Shown piece by piece: positions 26,995-36,534 of a stretch of 43,606 bases of DNA. The stretch lies in contig VFJV01000073.1 of NCBI GenBank assembly GCA_009885895.1, positions 1 to 43,606 on the forward strand, in the 5' to 3' direction. Position numbers and translations under genes: made by a program. How positions within the stretch are numbered: position 1 is the stretch's first letter; each line of letters begins with the position of its first letter. The notes under the pieces are model-generated. The model saw nothing but the letters and a program-made list of their open reading frames with translations, was not told the DNA's origin and ran no database searches. Source of the DNA: Gammaproteobacteria bacterium. Its GTDB lineage: Bacteria; Pseudomonadota; Gammaproteobacteria; UBA1113.

Positions 26995-28389
26995 TTATCT
27001 AGCCCCCTCCAAAAATCGTTGCAATCTTCTTTGCAGCACATCTTTACCCAATAAATAAACCGTTTGATCAATCGGCGGGGACAAGGTGTTTCCTGTTAGC
27101 GCAATACGTAAGGGTTGGGCTATTTGCCCCATTTTACAACCCTCTTCTACGCACAAGTCTTGCAGCAACGTATGAATGTGTTCCGCCTGCCAATGCGATA
27201 CTTGAGCCAAGCGTTCTTGTAAGGATCCTAAACGACGTAAGGCATCTGCGTCGATGTGTGCGGCTACGGCTTTGGCATCGTAGCTGGCAACATCCGTGTA
27301 AAAGAATAGGCTTTTTTCAGCCATTTCTTGTAAAGTTTTGCAGCGTTCACGTTGCAGCGCAATGATAGTCGTTGTTTCTACCCTGCTATTGTCTGTATTC
27401 ACACCTAAGCGAAACAGCTGCCAATTAAATTCAGCGACTAAATCATCGAGCGCGCTATTTTGTAAATACTGTTGGTTTAGCCACAATAATTTTTGTGGGT
27501 TAATGGCTGCGCCTGATTTAGAGAGCGAGAGCCCATTAAAAAATTCAATTAGCTCAGGCATGCTAAATAATTCCTGATCGCCGTGCGACCAGCCTAAACG
27601 CACAAGATAATTCAATAACGCTTCGGGCAAAATACCTTGCTCGCGATACTCCATGACACTAGCCGCGCCCGTTCGTTTAGATAATTTTTTGCCCTGCTCA
27701 TCTAAAATCATCGGAATATGCCCATATTGGGGAGGCGTTCCTCCCAAAGCCAGGAATAAATTGATTTGCCTAGGGGTATTATTGACGTGATCGTTACCAC
27801 GGATGACATGCGTGATTTTCATGTCCCAATCGTCCACCACCACGGTAAAATTATAGGTGGGCATGCCGTCGCTGCGAGCAATGATTAAATCGTCTAATTC
27901 TGAATTGGCAATAACAATCCTCCCTAAAACCAAGTCATCTATAATAACATCGCCTTGCTGGGGATTTCTAAAACGTACGACATAGGGTTCGCTTAAGGTT
28001 TGATCGCGATCGCGGCAATAACCATCGTAGCGCGACTTTTGTTTATTCGCAGTTTGTTCCTCACGCATTTTTTCCAAACGGTCTTTGCTGCAATAGCAAC
28101 GATAAGCGTGTTTCGTATCTAATAATTGTTGCAAGGCTTCTTGGTAACGCGCCATGTTCTGGGTTTGATAAAATGGGCCTTCATCGCATTCTAAACCTAA
28201 CCATTGCATCCCTTCTAAAATAGCACGCACGGCTTCATCGGTAGAGCGTTCGCGATCGGTATCTTCTATGCGTAAAATGAATTTTCCGCCATAATGCTTG
28301 GCATATAAGTAGCAATAAAGGGCGGTACGGGCCCCGCCTATGTGTAAATATCCCGTAGGGCTAGGGGCAAAACGAGTGCGTACGGTCAT
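26995..28389 (-). CDS. gltX: Glutamate--tRNA ligase
   Basis: 464 aa. It has the N-terminus RTRFAPSPTGYLHIGGARTALY (HIGH) and KLSKR (KMSKS-type). Confidence 0.96.
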   Translation of the reverse strand: MTVRTRFAPSPTGYLHIGGARTALYCYLYAKHYGGKFILRIEDTDRERSTDEAVRAILEGMQWLGLECDEGPFYQTQNMARYQEALQQLLDTKHAYRCYCSKDRLEKMREEQTANKQKSRYDGYCRDRDQTLSEPYVVRFRNPQQGDVIIDDLVLGRIVIANSELDDLIIARSDGMPTYNFTVVVDDWDMKITHVIRGNDHVNNTPRQINLFLALGGTPPQYGHIPMILDEQGKKLSKRTGAASVMEYREQGILPEALLNYLVRLGWSHGDQELFSMPELIEFFNGLSLSKSGAAINPQKLLWLNQQYLQNSALDDLVAEFNWQLFRLGVNTDNSRVETTTIIALQRERCKTLQEMAEKSLFFYTDVASYDAKAVAAHIDADALRRLGSLQERLAQVSHWQAEHIHTLLQDLCVEEGCKMGQIAQPLRIALTGNTLSPPIDQTVYLLGKDVLQRRLQRFLEGAR

Positions 28390-28451
28390 GGTAAAATTTC
28401 CATAAAACTGATAAACTGATGCCCATTAGTATACCCGATCAGGACCCGCAC

Positions 28452-29513
28452 ATGCCAGAAAAACAACGCATTTTAACCGGCGACACCCCCACAGGGCGTT
28501 TGCACCTAGGCCATTGGGTAGGGTCTTTAGAAAATCGTGTCTTAATGCAAGACGATTACGATTGTTACTTCATTTTAGCCAATATGCACGCGTTGACTAC
28601 GCGGGCGGAAAATCCGGCACAAATACACCAAGATACCTTAGATATTGCGATTGATTTTTTATGTGCTGGCATAGATCCCCAGAAAAGCTGTATTTTTGTA
28701 CAATCTGACATTCCCGCTATCAGCGAACTTACCTTCATCTTTAGCATGCTAATCCCCTTCCCGCGCTTAATGCGCAATCCAACCATCAAGGATGAAATAC
28801 GCGATAAGGGTTTAGGCGATAGCTACCCTTTTGGTTTCTTGCTTTATCCCGTAGGCCAAGTTGCCGATATATTGGCGTTTAGACCCGCCCTGGTGCCCGT
28901 AGGCGAAGATCAAATACCACATCTGGAAATGACGCGTGAAGTGGCTAGGCGTTTTAATCAACTCTATTGTGCGGTGGACCCACATGCCGATGATGCTAAG
29001 CAAGTGGATTTGGGCGGCTTATTTCCCATCATCCAACCCAAATTAGGTCGTGTGAAACGTTTAGTGGGTACGGGCGGTCCGGCGGAGAATGGGCAACTGC
29101 TTAAAATGAGCAAATCACTTAACAATAGCATTTTATTAACCGAAGATCCGGATAGTGTACGACGTAAAATTATGGCCATGTACACCGATCCCAAGCGCTT
29201 AAAAGCAACGGATCCCGGCAACATAGATAATAATCCGCTTTGGATTTTTCACGACACCTTCAATCCAGATAAAACCTGGGTAACTGAAGCGAAGGCGCGC
29301 TATCAAGCGGGGGGCATTGGCGATGTTGAATGTAAAAAATGTTTGGTAGAGGTCTTAACGGCTTTTATTGCACCGCTACACCAAAAACGCTTAGAATTAG
29401 AAAAAAACAGGGATTACGTAAAAGAAGTGTTACGTAAAGGAGCCGAAAAAGCGAACCTTGTCGCCAGTGAGACTTTGCGGCTGACTAAGGAAGCGATATA
29501 CCAGGTTTTTTAA
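28452..29513 (+). CDS. trpS: Tryptophan--tRNA ligase
   Basis: It has TGDTPTGRLHLGHWVG (HIGH-type), VPVGEDQIPHLEMTREVARRFN and KMSKS. I prefer the ATG at 28452 because it has AGGA 7 nt upstream and its N-terminal length matches E. coli TrpS. The ORF track uses 28419. Confidence 0.9.
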   Translation: MPEKQRILTGDTPTGRLHLGHWVGSLENRVLMQDDYDCYFILANMHALTTRAENPAQIHQDTLDIAIDFLCAGIDPQKSCIFVQSDIPAISELTFIFSMLIPFPRLMRNPTIKDEIRDKGLGDSYPFGFLLYPVGQVADILAFRPALVPVGEDQIPHLEMTREVARRFNQLYCAVDPHADDAKQVDLGGLFPIIQPKLGRVKRLVGTGGPAENGQLLKMSKSLNNSILLTEDPDSVRRKIMAMYTDPKRLKATDPGNIDNNPLWIFHDTFNPDKTWVTEAKARYQAGGIGDVECKKCLVEVLTAFIAPLHQKRLELEKNRDYVKEVLRKGAEKANLVASETLRLTKEAIYQVF

Positions 29514-29595
29514 ATTATACTCATTCCATTTGTAGAGGCAGCGTTTAGACGTTGCAGGGGCAGCGCAATTGCCGCCCTTCCAACATCAACTTTTG

Positions 29596-29925
29596 TTATT
29601 TCTTCTTACAATTGTTGCCATCACACTCTTTGTTGTCGCAACAGCAGGTTTTCTTGCAACAATAGCATTTGCAACATCTGCATAGGCAATTGTAAAGGTA
29701 CGCGATTAAAAATGCGGCAACAAAGCCATGCAATAGTCCCCACAAACCGCCGATCAAGCTACCCATTAAGGTTGGACCATAACCTACATAAATGGAACCC
29801 ATGGCACTGACCATGGTAAAATTACCGTGGAATAACATTCCAGCAGCAAAACACCAGACGCCCCAAATAATCCCCACAGACAGGCCGAAACAACCTGCAC
29901 ATAAACCTTTAGAAGCTGATTTCAT
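29596..29925 (-). CDS. Small Gly-rich integral membrane protein with an extremely Cys-rich C-terminal tail
   Basis: The start is placed at ATG 29925 (MKSASKG...), with AGGAGA upstream. The protein is 109 aa with about three hydrophobic GxxxG-rich segments. Its tail is NCLCRCCKCYCCKKTCCCDNKECDGNNCKKK. Confidence 0.6.
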   Translation of the reverse strand: MKSASKGLCAGCFGLSVGIIWGVWCFAAGMLFHGNFTMVSAMGSIYVGYGPTLMGSLIGGLWGLLHGFVAAFLIAYLYNCLCRCCKCYCCKKTCCCDNKECDGNNCKKK

Positions 29926-30025
29926 AAAGTCTCTCCTTAAAAAAATAAAACGTAATAACCCACAGCGGCGTTCAGACAGCTGCAAGGCCAGTCTAGCATG
30001 ATATCAAGGGTTTAGAAACTAGAAA

Positions 30026-30676
30026 TTATATTATTGACCATTTAGGCAGATTTTTTAAGGAGGCCAGCAACTGCTGTGCTTTTTGGGTAATATTCGGCCA
30101 ATTATTTTGCTGTAGATCTTTTTGCAGAACCAACCAACTGCCCGCAACCCAGTCTACATTCGCCAATTGTAAATACTCTAAAGCCGTGTCATGCCCCACT
30201 CCCCCACTGACGCAAAAACGAATTTCGGGAAAAACAGCTTCAAAATGTTGCAAAGCATTTACGCCGCCCATAATATGAGCGGGGTAAAATTTTAGGGTGT
30301 CAAACCCTTTTTCGCTAAGCCATAAGACTTCGGCGATGGTTCCTGCCGCAGGTAAATACGGTAGATGACAATGCGAGGCTTTTTGCAGCAAGTTTTCGGT
30401 TACCGCTGGACTGCCTATGTAATCTACAGCAGAATCTTCTAAATGCTTAAATTGCTCAGCTTCCAAAACGGTCGCCACGCCTACGCAGAAATGAGGAAAT
30501 GTACTCTTTATTAAGTTAATAGCATCCCATGCGGTGTCGGTGCGCAAAGTCAGTTCCAAAATATGGATGCCGGCTTGTTGCAAGGCGTCCACTAAAGGCA
30601 AGGCCCATTCTAAGCGATGTAGGGTTACAACCGGGATCAACGGGTGGGGGGCTAATATTTTTCGTATAGCAGTCAT
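30026..30676 (-). CDS. eda: KDPG / 4-hydroxy-2-oxoglutarate aldolase
   Basis: 216 aa and colinear with E. coli Eda. It has ELTLRT (catalytic Glu), LKFYPA (Schiff-base Lys) and GGV...GSWLV. Confidence 0.88.
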   Translation of the reverse strand: MTAIRKILAPHPLIPVVTLHRLEWALPLVDALQQAGIHILELTLRTDTAWDAINLIKSTFPHFCVGVATVLEAEQFKHLEDSAVDYIGSPAVTENLLQKASHCHLPYLPAAGTIAEVLWLSEKGFDTLKFYPAHIMGGVNALQHFEAVFPEIRFCVSGGVGHDTALEYLQLANVDWVAGSWLVLQKDLQQNNWPNITQKAQQLLASLKNLPKWSII

Positions 30677-30746
30677 CGTGACATTTCCTTATTAATGCGC
30701 TAATATCGATATCAGTTTAGCATATACTCATAGATACAGAGGTATT

Positions 30747-31607
30747 ATGATTAAAATTTCATCGCTTTTAGGCAATACCCAGCATTTAGATGGTGGTGCT
30801 ATGTTTGGGCATGTTCCCAAAGCACTTTGGTCTAACTGGTTGCAGCCTGACGATAACAATTGTGTACGCTTAGAGTGTCGCGCCCTATTAATCGAAGACG
30901 ATAACAAACGCATTTTATTGGAAACGGGTATAGGTGCTTTTTTTTCGCCTGAACTTAAAAAACGCTATGGCGTAAGCCCAGAGCATCACGTATTGCTAGA
31001 TTCATTACAAAATTTGGGTTTAACGCACAAAGATATAGATGTCGTTATATTATCGCATTTGCACTTCGATCATGCAGGAGGCTTATTAACTGGCTATCAA
31101 GAAGGCCATAAAAGTAGTTTGTTATTTCCCAATGCGCGTTATCTACTTAGTTTAGAGGCTTTTATACGCGCTAAAGCACCACACCTACGCGATAAAGCCT
31201 CCTTTATTCCTGAATTAACGGCTTTATTAGACGCTTCAGGGCGTATGGAATTAATTGAAGGCAATCACAGCGCTGCCTTAGGCGCAAAATATACATTTCA
31301 TTTTAGCCATGGCCATACGCCTGGATTAATGTTAACGGAAATAAGCACCGAACAAGGCCCCTTGATTTTTGCAGCCGATCTCATTCCTGGTGTTGCCTGG
31401 CTGCATTCACCTATCACCATGGGCTACGATCGCTTTCCAGAACAAGTCGTGGACGAGAAAGAAAGTTTATTAGAGTATATAGTCGAGAATGAAGGACGTT
31501 TATTTTATACCCATGACCCGAAAATTACGCTGTCTAAGGTCGTGCGTGATGAGAAAGGACGTTTTTCGGCTAGTGAACTATTGAATGAAGTCACTAGAAT
31601 TGAGTGA
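30747..31607 (+). CDS. MBL-fold metallo-hydrolase
   Basis: 286 aa. It has the HLHFDHAGG metal-binding motif, with downstream His/Asp ligands (HGHTPG, AADL). Confidence 0.85.
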   Translation: MIKISSLLGNTQHLDGGAMFGHVPKALWSNWLQPDDNNCVRLECRALLIEDDNKRILLETGIGAFFSPELKKRYGVSPEHHVLLDSLQNLGLTHKDIDVVILSHLHFDHAGGLLTGYQEGHKSSLLFPNARYLLSLEAFIRAKAPHLRDKASFIPELTALLDASGRMELIEGNHSAALGAKYTFHFSHGHTPGLMLTEISTEQGPLIFAADLIPGVAWLHSPITMGYDRFPEQVVDEKESLLEYIVENEGRLFYTHDPKITLSKVVRDEKGRFSASELLNEVTRIE

Positions 31608-31628
31608 TTCTTAAAGCATAGAAACACC

Positions 31629-34091
31629 CTAAATAAGGTTTACAGCCGCTTTACTTAAAACCAATGTATTCAATTCTTTTTGGCTATAATCACTCACAGC
31701 GATAATTTCTTGTCTATACAGTTCACGTTGTTGCAACAACTGCCCTTCTACTGTGGTTAATACCTCGGCCTTTACAGCGAACTGAATTCTATCTGGCCAG
31801 GTTAAGCTCGGATCGATTAATCCTTTATTATAGTGCAGAAATTTTTTCCATAAAGTCTCTGTTTCAAAGAAAAAGGGCAAAAGCGCATTGATTTTTGCCA
31901 CCGGATGTTTCTCGCTGGCACTTAAATAAATACCGTTTATTAATCTAGATCGTATAGCAGACGGTTCAGCCACGGCTTTGGCCAACTTTTTTTCTAATGC
32001 ATCGCTAGGAATGGCGGCTTGTCGTCCCAATGGGAAAATAATACACCGTAGCTTAATGCGTAAATACCAAGGTAAATTACTCAATAAGTCCATGATGCTT
32101 TCTTCCACTTGATAAAATAAGCTTTGGCTACACCAGGTTAGCAAAGGGATTTCTTCAACGAGCAAGCCATCGTCATGAAATTTTTTAATAACGGCACTCA
32201 CACAAAAAAGGTAATTCAAAATGTCGGCCATGCGGGCCGATAAAAATTCTTTGCGTTTTAAATTTCCACCATAAACCAACGCTAAACTGTCTACCAATAG
32301 GGCAAAAACAGCGCTGTAATGGGACAATGTACGCAATGGTTTTTTTAATGCGGAATAGGAAGTTTCGATATTGAGCATTCGCCCCTTTGAAAGCGCGCCC
32401 CAAAAGCTTGTGCACGTTACCTGTAAAATATGTTGCATATGTGCTAGCACTGTAGTATCGAACTGAGCAACCACCTCTTTTGTTCTTTTTTTGCTGGCCA
32501 ATTGCATTTCTTTGAATAAATACGGATGAGAGCGAAATAATCCTTGACCAAAAATAACCAAAGACCGCGTTAAAATGCTTGCGCCTTCCACTGTAATCGC
32601 AATAGGCGCGCTCAGATAATAGGCCGTGATAGGATTATTAGGCCCTATGCATAAAGCTTTGCCCCCCAAAATATCCATCGTATTTAACACGGCTGTGCGT
32701 GCCATTTCAGATACTTGATATTTCACTATAGCCGAAATAACCGAGGGCTTTTCTTTCTGGTCGATTAAGCTCGTTGCCAATTCTTCTGCGGCATCGGCAA
32801 TATACGTTAAACCGCCTATTTTTGCTAAAGCCGCTTGTATGCCTTCAAAATCCACCAGCGAATGTTTAAACTGCTGGCGTATGGTAGCATAGGCACCGCC
32901 ATAGGCTACACAGGATTTTAAGGCACCTATACTCATTGATGGAATAGAAATAGCACGGCCTACCGATAAACATTCCACCAACATTTTCCAACCCTGCCCT
33001 ATTTGTGCGGTGCCGCCAATAATGGCATTTAAGGGTAAAAATACATCCTGACCTTGTATAGGGCCATTTTGAAAAAGAATATTATTGGGTAAATGACGTC
33101 TGCCGATGATTACGCCCGCCGTTTGTCTAGGGATTAACGCGCAAGTAATGCCTAAATTTTCTATTTCACCTAATAGGTGTTCGGGGTCATACAATTTAAA
33201 AGCAAGTCCGATTAGAGTCGCAATAGGTGCTAAGGTAATATAACGCTTATTCCAAGTTAAACGCATACCCAATATTTTTTGCCCATCGATGATGTCTACA
33301 CAGACAATACCTTTATCAATGATACTCGTGGCGTCAGATCCGGCTACGGGACTTGTGAGAGCAAAACAAGGTATTTCTATTCCTTGCGCTAAGCGCGGTA
33401 AATAATAGTCTTTTTGCTCTTGTGTTCCATAGTGTAAGAGCAACTCAGCAGGTCCTAGGGAATTGGGTACACAGACACTAACCGCAGCGACCGGTGAGAC
33501 GCTGGCCAATTTAATGATAACACGACTGTGCGCATAAGCAGAAAATTCTTTTCCACCATAATGCTTAGGAATAATGAGGCCTAAAAAGCCATTGTCTTTA
33601 ACAAATTGCCATATTGGGGGGGGTAAATCACCCTCTTGAAATTGAATGCCCCAAGCATCGAGTTTGGTACAGAGTTCTTCAACGGGTCCCTCTAGAAAGG
33701 CGCTTTCATCAACACTCAGGGTTGACTTAGAATAGTTCAATAGCACTGTTTCGTTCGGCTTTCCGGAGAATAATTCGCCGTCCCACGAAACCGTTCCAGA
33801 AGCCATAGCGGTGCGCTCAGTGGTAGATAATGCGGGTATTTTCTTAGCATATAGCGCTAACAGCGGTTCTATAATCAACAAGCGGCGCAATGGCGTGAAT
33901 AGAAACACCGTGCATATAATACCATAGATCAACAGGCTTAGGCTTGCCGCCATTAAGTTTGCGTGTAATAGGCCCAACAATACACTTAAAAAAATAAACA
34001 CGGCGATGGCATACACCATTTTGCCAGCCTTATAAAACCCCAATACGCTGTTGTTTATCAGCAAGGCTAGACACAAGAGGATAATGCTCAC
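31629..34091 (-). CDS. fadE: FadE-type long acyl-CoA dehydrogenase (paralogue 2)
   Basis: 820 aa. It has N-terminal TM segments and full-length similarity to E. coli FadE (VPNSLGPAELL, CFALTSP.AGSDA, TWNKRYITLAP, GQGW.ML.E.LS.GR). Its GTG start overlaps the upstream TGA. Confidence 0.9.
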   Translation of the reverse strand: MSIILLCLALLINNSVLGFYKAGKMVYAIAVFIFLSVLLGLLHANLMAASLSLLIYGIICTVFLFTPLRRLLIIEPLLALYAKKIPALSTTERTAMASGTVSWDGELFSGKPNETVLLNYSKSTLSVDESAFLEGPVEELCTKLDAWGIQFQEGDLPPPIWQFVKDNGFLGLIIPKHYGGKEFSAYAHSRVIIKLASVSPVAAVSVCVPNSLGPAELLLHYGTQEQKDYYLPRLAQGIEIPCFALTSPVAGSDATSIIDKGIVCVDIIDGQKILGMRLTWNKRYITLAPIATLIGLAFKLYDPEHLLGEIENLGITCALIPRQTAGVIIGRRHLPNNILFQNGPIQGQDVFLPLNAIIGGTAQIGQGWKMLVECLSVGRAISIPSMSIGALKSCVAYGGAYATIRQQFKHSLVDFEGIQAALAKIGGLTYIADAAEELATSLIDQKEKPSVISAIVKYQVSEMARTAVLNTMDILGGKALCIGPNNPITAYYLSAPIAITVEGASILTRSLVIFGQGLFRSHPYLFKEMQLASKKRTKEVVAQFDTTVLAHMQHILQVTCTSFWGALSKGRMLNIETSYSALKKPLRTLSHYSAVFALLVDSLALVYGGNLKRKEFLSARMADILNYLFCVSAVIKKFHDDGLLVEEIPLLTWCSQSLFYQVEESIMDLLSNLPWYLRIKLRCIIFPLGRQAAIPSDALEKKLAKAVAEPSAIRSRLINGIYLSASEKHPVAKINALLPFFFETETLWKKFLHYNKGLIDPSLTWPDRIQFAVKAEVLTTVEGQLLQQRELYRQEIIAVSDYSQKELNTLVLSKAAVNLI

Positions 34092-36466
34092 AATAAATTC
34101 TCCTGAACCCGTGAAAATGCATGTGCTGTAAAATCGTCTACCGCAATGATATTGGCGATGGCTTTTTCTAAGGCTTCTAAACGTAATTTTTCTTCTACTG
34201 TAATAGAATTGTCTTTTGATTTTTGATGCAATGGCTCACACAACAAGGCTTCCTGATGGGTTTGCACTAATTGGGCCAATACGCTATTGGCCTTTTCGCC
34301 CACATATATTTTACCCCCTATGCCTTGTGCCATGGCCTGCTGCATCAACAGGGCTTCGGCTATGGTTTTTTTCTGTTTATCGGACACACTCAGCCGTTTT
34401 CGGCCGAAAGGGAAACAGAGAAAAGATAGACATTTTGCTAAAATGCGATGCGGCAATTGGCTAATGAGATCGGCTGCGGCTTTATCTATAGAAAATATAT
34501 TTTCATTAAGACAAGCCACATTTAATTGTTCAGCCATGTTTTTAGTCCATAATGGCGCGTCTAATTTTTCTTGGCTGTATTTTAGAATGCAACTTGCGCC
34601 ATATAAATGAATGAGGTTATCTGCCATGCGTGCAGACACACGCTCGGCAAATTTTAATTTTCCACCATACACTAAAAAACAAAGTTCCGTTAATAAGGCA
34701 AAACGATTGCTTCTTAGGGTTATTTTTTGAAGGACGCGCCAGTAAGGATGTTGTTGCGGCCAGATCAACCATCCGCCACTTAAACTTTGAAAGAGAATTC
34801 GTGGCCATAAAGAAATAAAATGGGCTATATGTCCCCATATGGCTTTGTCGAAATCTATTAACCCCTGTTTTGTATCGCTGTTATTGATAGCCTGTATACA
34901 GGCATTCACATAAGGATGGCAACGTATAGCCCCTTGTCCAAAAATAATCATATTGCGCGTTAAGATGTTTGCCCCTTCAACCGTAATGCCTACAGGGCTT
35001 AGTTGGTAGGCATCGGATAAATAATTTCGTGCCCCCATACAAATGCCTTTGCCACCATGCACATCCATGGCGCAGTGTGTGGCTACACGCGCATTTTCGG
35101 TAGCATAATATTTTACGATAGCCGAGAGTACACTGGGTTTTTCGCCTTGATCGATAGCACTTAAGGTGACATAGGTCATGGCTTCTGTCTGATACAAGCC
35201 CATTGCCATTAAGGCCATTTTTTCTTGTACGCCCTCAAAGCGACCTATAGAGGTTTTAAATTGTTTACGTATGAAGGCATACGCACTGGTTGCAAGTGTG
35301 AGGGCATAGGCGCTGCCTAAAGAAACACCGGGTAAAGCCATGGCACGTCCTGCCGATAAACTTTCGGTTAACATACGCCAACCCTGGCCTTTTTGTGCTA
35401 CCCCACCGATGATCCACTCTAGCGGAATGAATACATCCTGCCCTGAAGTGGGCCCATTGATGAATACGCCATTGCCTATAAAGTGACGGCGGCCAATGAT
35501 CACTCCAGGATGATGAGTGGGTATTAGCGCCGAAGTGATGCCTATATAAGAATTTTCGCCAAGCAGGCTTTCTGGATCGTATAATTTAAAGGCCAGACCC
35601 AATAGCGTGGCTTTAGGCGCTAAGGTAATATAGCGTTTATTCCAAGTAAGTGTAATGCCGATAATACTTTGTCCTTGCCATTTTCCTTCACTAACAATTC
35701 CATAATCTGGCATTGCACCGGCATCGGATCCCGCTTCAGGGCTGGTTAAAGCAAAACAAGGCACTTCTATGCCTTTGGCTAAACGGGGTAAATAATAATT
35801 TTTTTGCTCTTTTGTACCGTAAGTGCTTAATAACTCTGCGGGCCCTAGGGAATTGGGCACAGATACCATGGCCGCTAAAACATTACTACAAGAAGCAATT
35901 TTGCCTAGGATTACCGCTACAGCGGTTTTAGAAAAAGCCAAACCACCATATTTTTTCGCAATGAGTAAGCCAAAAAAGCCCTGGTTTTTTAGGCTTTCCC
36001 AGACGTCTTTAGGCAGATCATTTTCTACCGCTAAAAAGGGATAAGCCGCCATTTGTGCGCATAAATCATTGACAGGCCCGTGTAGGAAAGCGTTTTCTTC
36101 TGCTGATAATACAGTTAATCTTTTATGCCATAATTTTTGCCAATCAGGGTTTCCCCTAAAGAGTTCGGCATCCCAATCTACAGTCCCCGCGGCCAAAGCT
36201 TCGGTCTCGGTGCGGGATAATTTGGGTTGCGTTCTTTTATAAAGGCGAAATAATAACGGCGTTAACAGGCGACGGCGTAAGAAACCCCATTGAAATAATA
36301 CTAACCACCCCCCCCAAAGGATCCCTGTAAGAAGCAGGACGCCGAAAGAGGCGTAAAAACTGGCGTATAAGCAGGCTAAAGTGGCATAAATGGAATAATA
36401 AATGGCACTACGTTGATGGTACGATAATAGCAATAAGCCTATGATGAAGACCGTTATCCCTAGCAT
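34088..36466 (-). CDS. fadE: FadE-type long acyl-CoA dehydrogenase (paralogue 1)
   Basis: 792 aa. It has the same motif set as its neighbour and as E. coli FadE, including CFALTSPEAGSDAGAMPD and EGANILTRNMIIFGQGAIRCHPY. Confidence 0.9.
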   Translation of the reverse strand: MLGITVFIIGLLLLSYHQRSAIYYSIYATLACLYASFYASFGVLLLTGILWGGWLVLFQWGFLRRRLLTPLLFRLYKRTQPKLSRTETEALAAGTVDWDAELFRGNPDWQKLWHKRLTVLSAEENAFLHGPVNDLCAQMAAYPFLAVENDLPKDVWESLKNQGFFGLLIAKKYGGLAFSKTAVAVILGKIASCSNVLAAMVSVPNSLGPAELLSTYGTKEQKNYYLPRLAKGIEVPCFALTSPEAGSDAGAMPDYGIVSEGKWQGQSIIGITLTWNKRYITLAPKATLLGLAFKLYDPESLLGENSYIGITSALIPTHHPGVIIGRRHFIGNGVFINGPTSGQDVFIPLEWIIGGVAQKGQGWRMLTESLSAGRAMALPGVSLGSAYALTLATSAYAFIRKQFKTSIGRFEGVQEKMALMAMGLYQTEAMTYVTLSAIDQGEKPSVLSAIVKYYATENARVATHCAMDVHGGKGICMGARNYLSDAYQLSPVGITVEGANILTRNMIIFGQGAIRCHPYVNACIQAINNSDTKQGLIDFDKAIWGHIAHFISLWPRILFQSLSGGWLIWPQQHPYWRVLQKITLRSNRFALLTELCFLVYGGKLKFAERVSARMADNLIHLYGASCILKYSQEKLDAPLWTKNMAEQLNVACLNENIFSIDKAAADLISQLPHRILAKCLSFLCFPFGRKRLSVSDKQKKTIAEALLMQQAMAQGIGGKIYVGEKANSVLAQLVQTHQEALLCEPLHQKSKDNSITVEEKLRLEALEKAIANIIAVDDFTAHAFSRVQENLL

Positions 36467-36534
36467 ACCGTTTGCGCCTTATGTAAAAGTAGATAACAAT
36501 GTAACATTAAATAATGTAAAAAGGAACTAGCCTA

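Noticed and set aside
28390-28451. Leader or attenuator structure, or a T-box, between the divergent gltX and trpS genes
   Set aside because: Only 29-62 bp are available, and I could not see a specifier or terminator hairpin. T-boxes are also not expected in Gammaproteobacteria.
29514-29595. Intrinsic terminator after trpS (GGGGCAGCGCAATTGCCGCCC)
   Set aside because: Only the central 8 bp (GCAATTGC) are truly palindromic and there is no T-tract. The TATACTCAT at 29516-29524 looks instead like a terminal fragment of the repeat family.
36481-36520. Three ATGTAA motifs (36481, 36499, 36514) upstream of the fadE pair, considered as a CpxR-like GTAAA-N6-GTAAA site or a FadR operator
   Set aside because: The spacing (18 and 15 bp) does not fit either consensus, and the motif is short and AT-rich. 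It could occur by chance.
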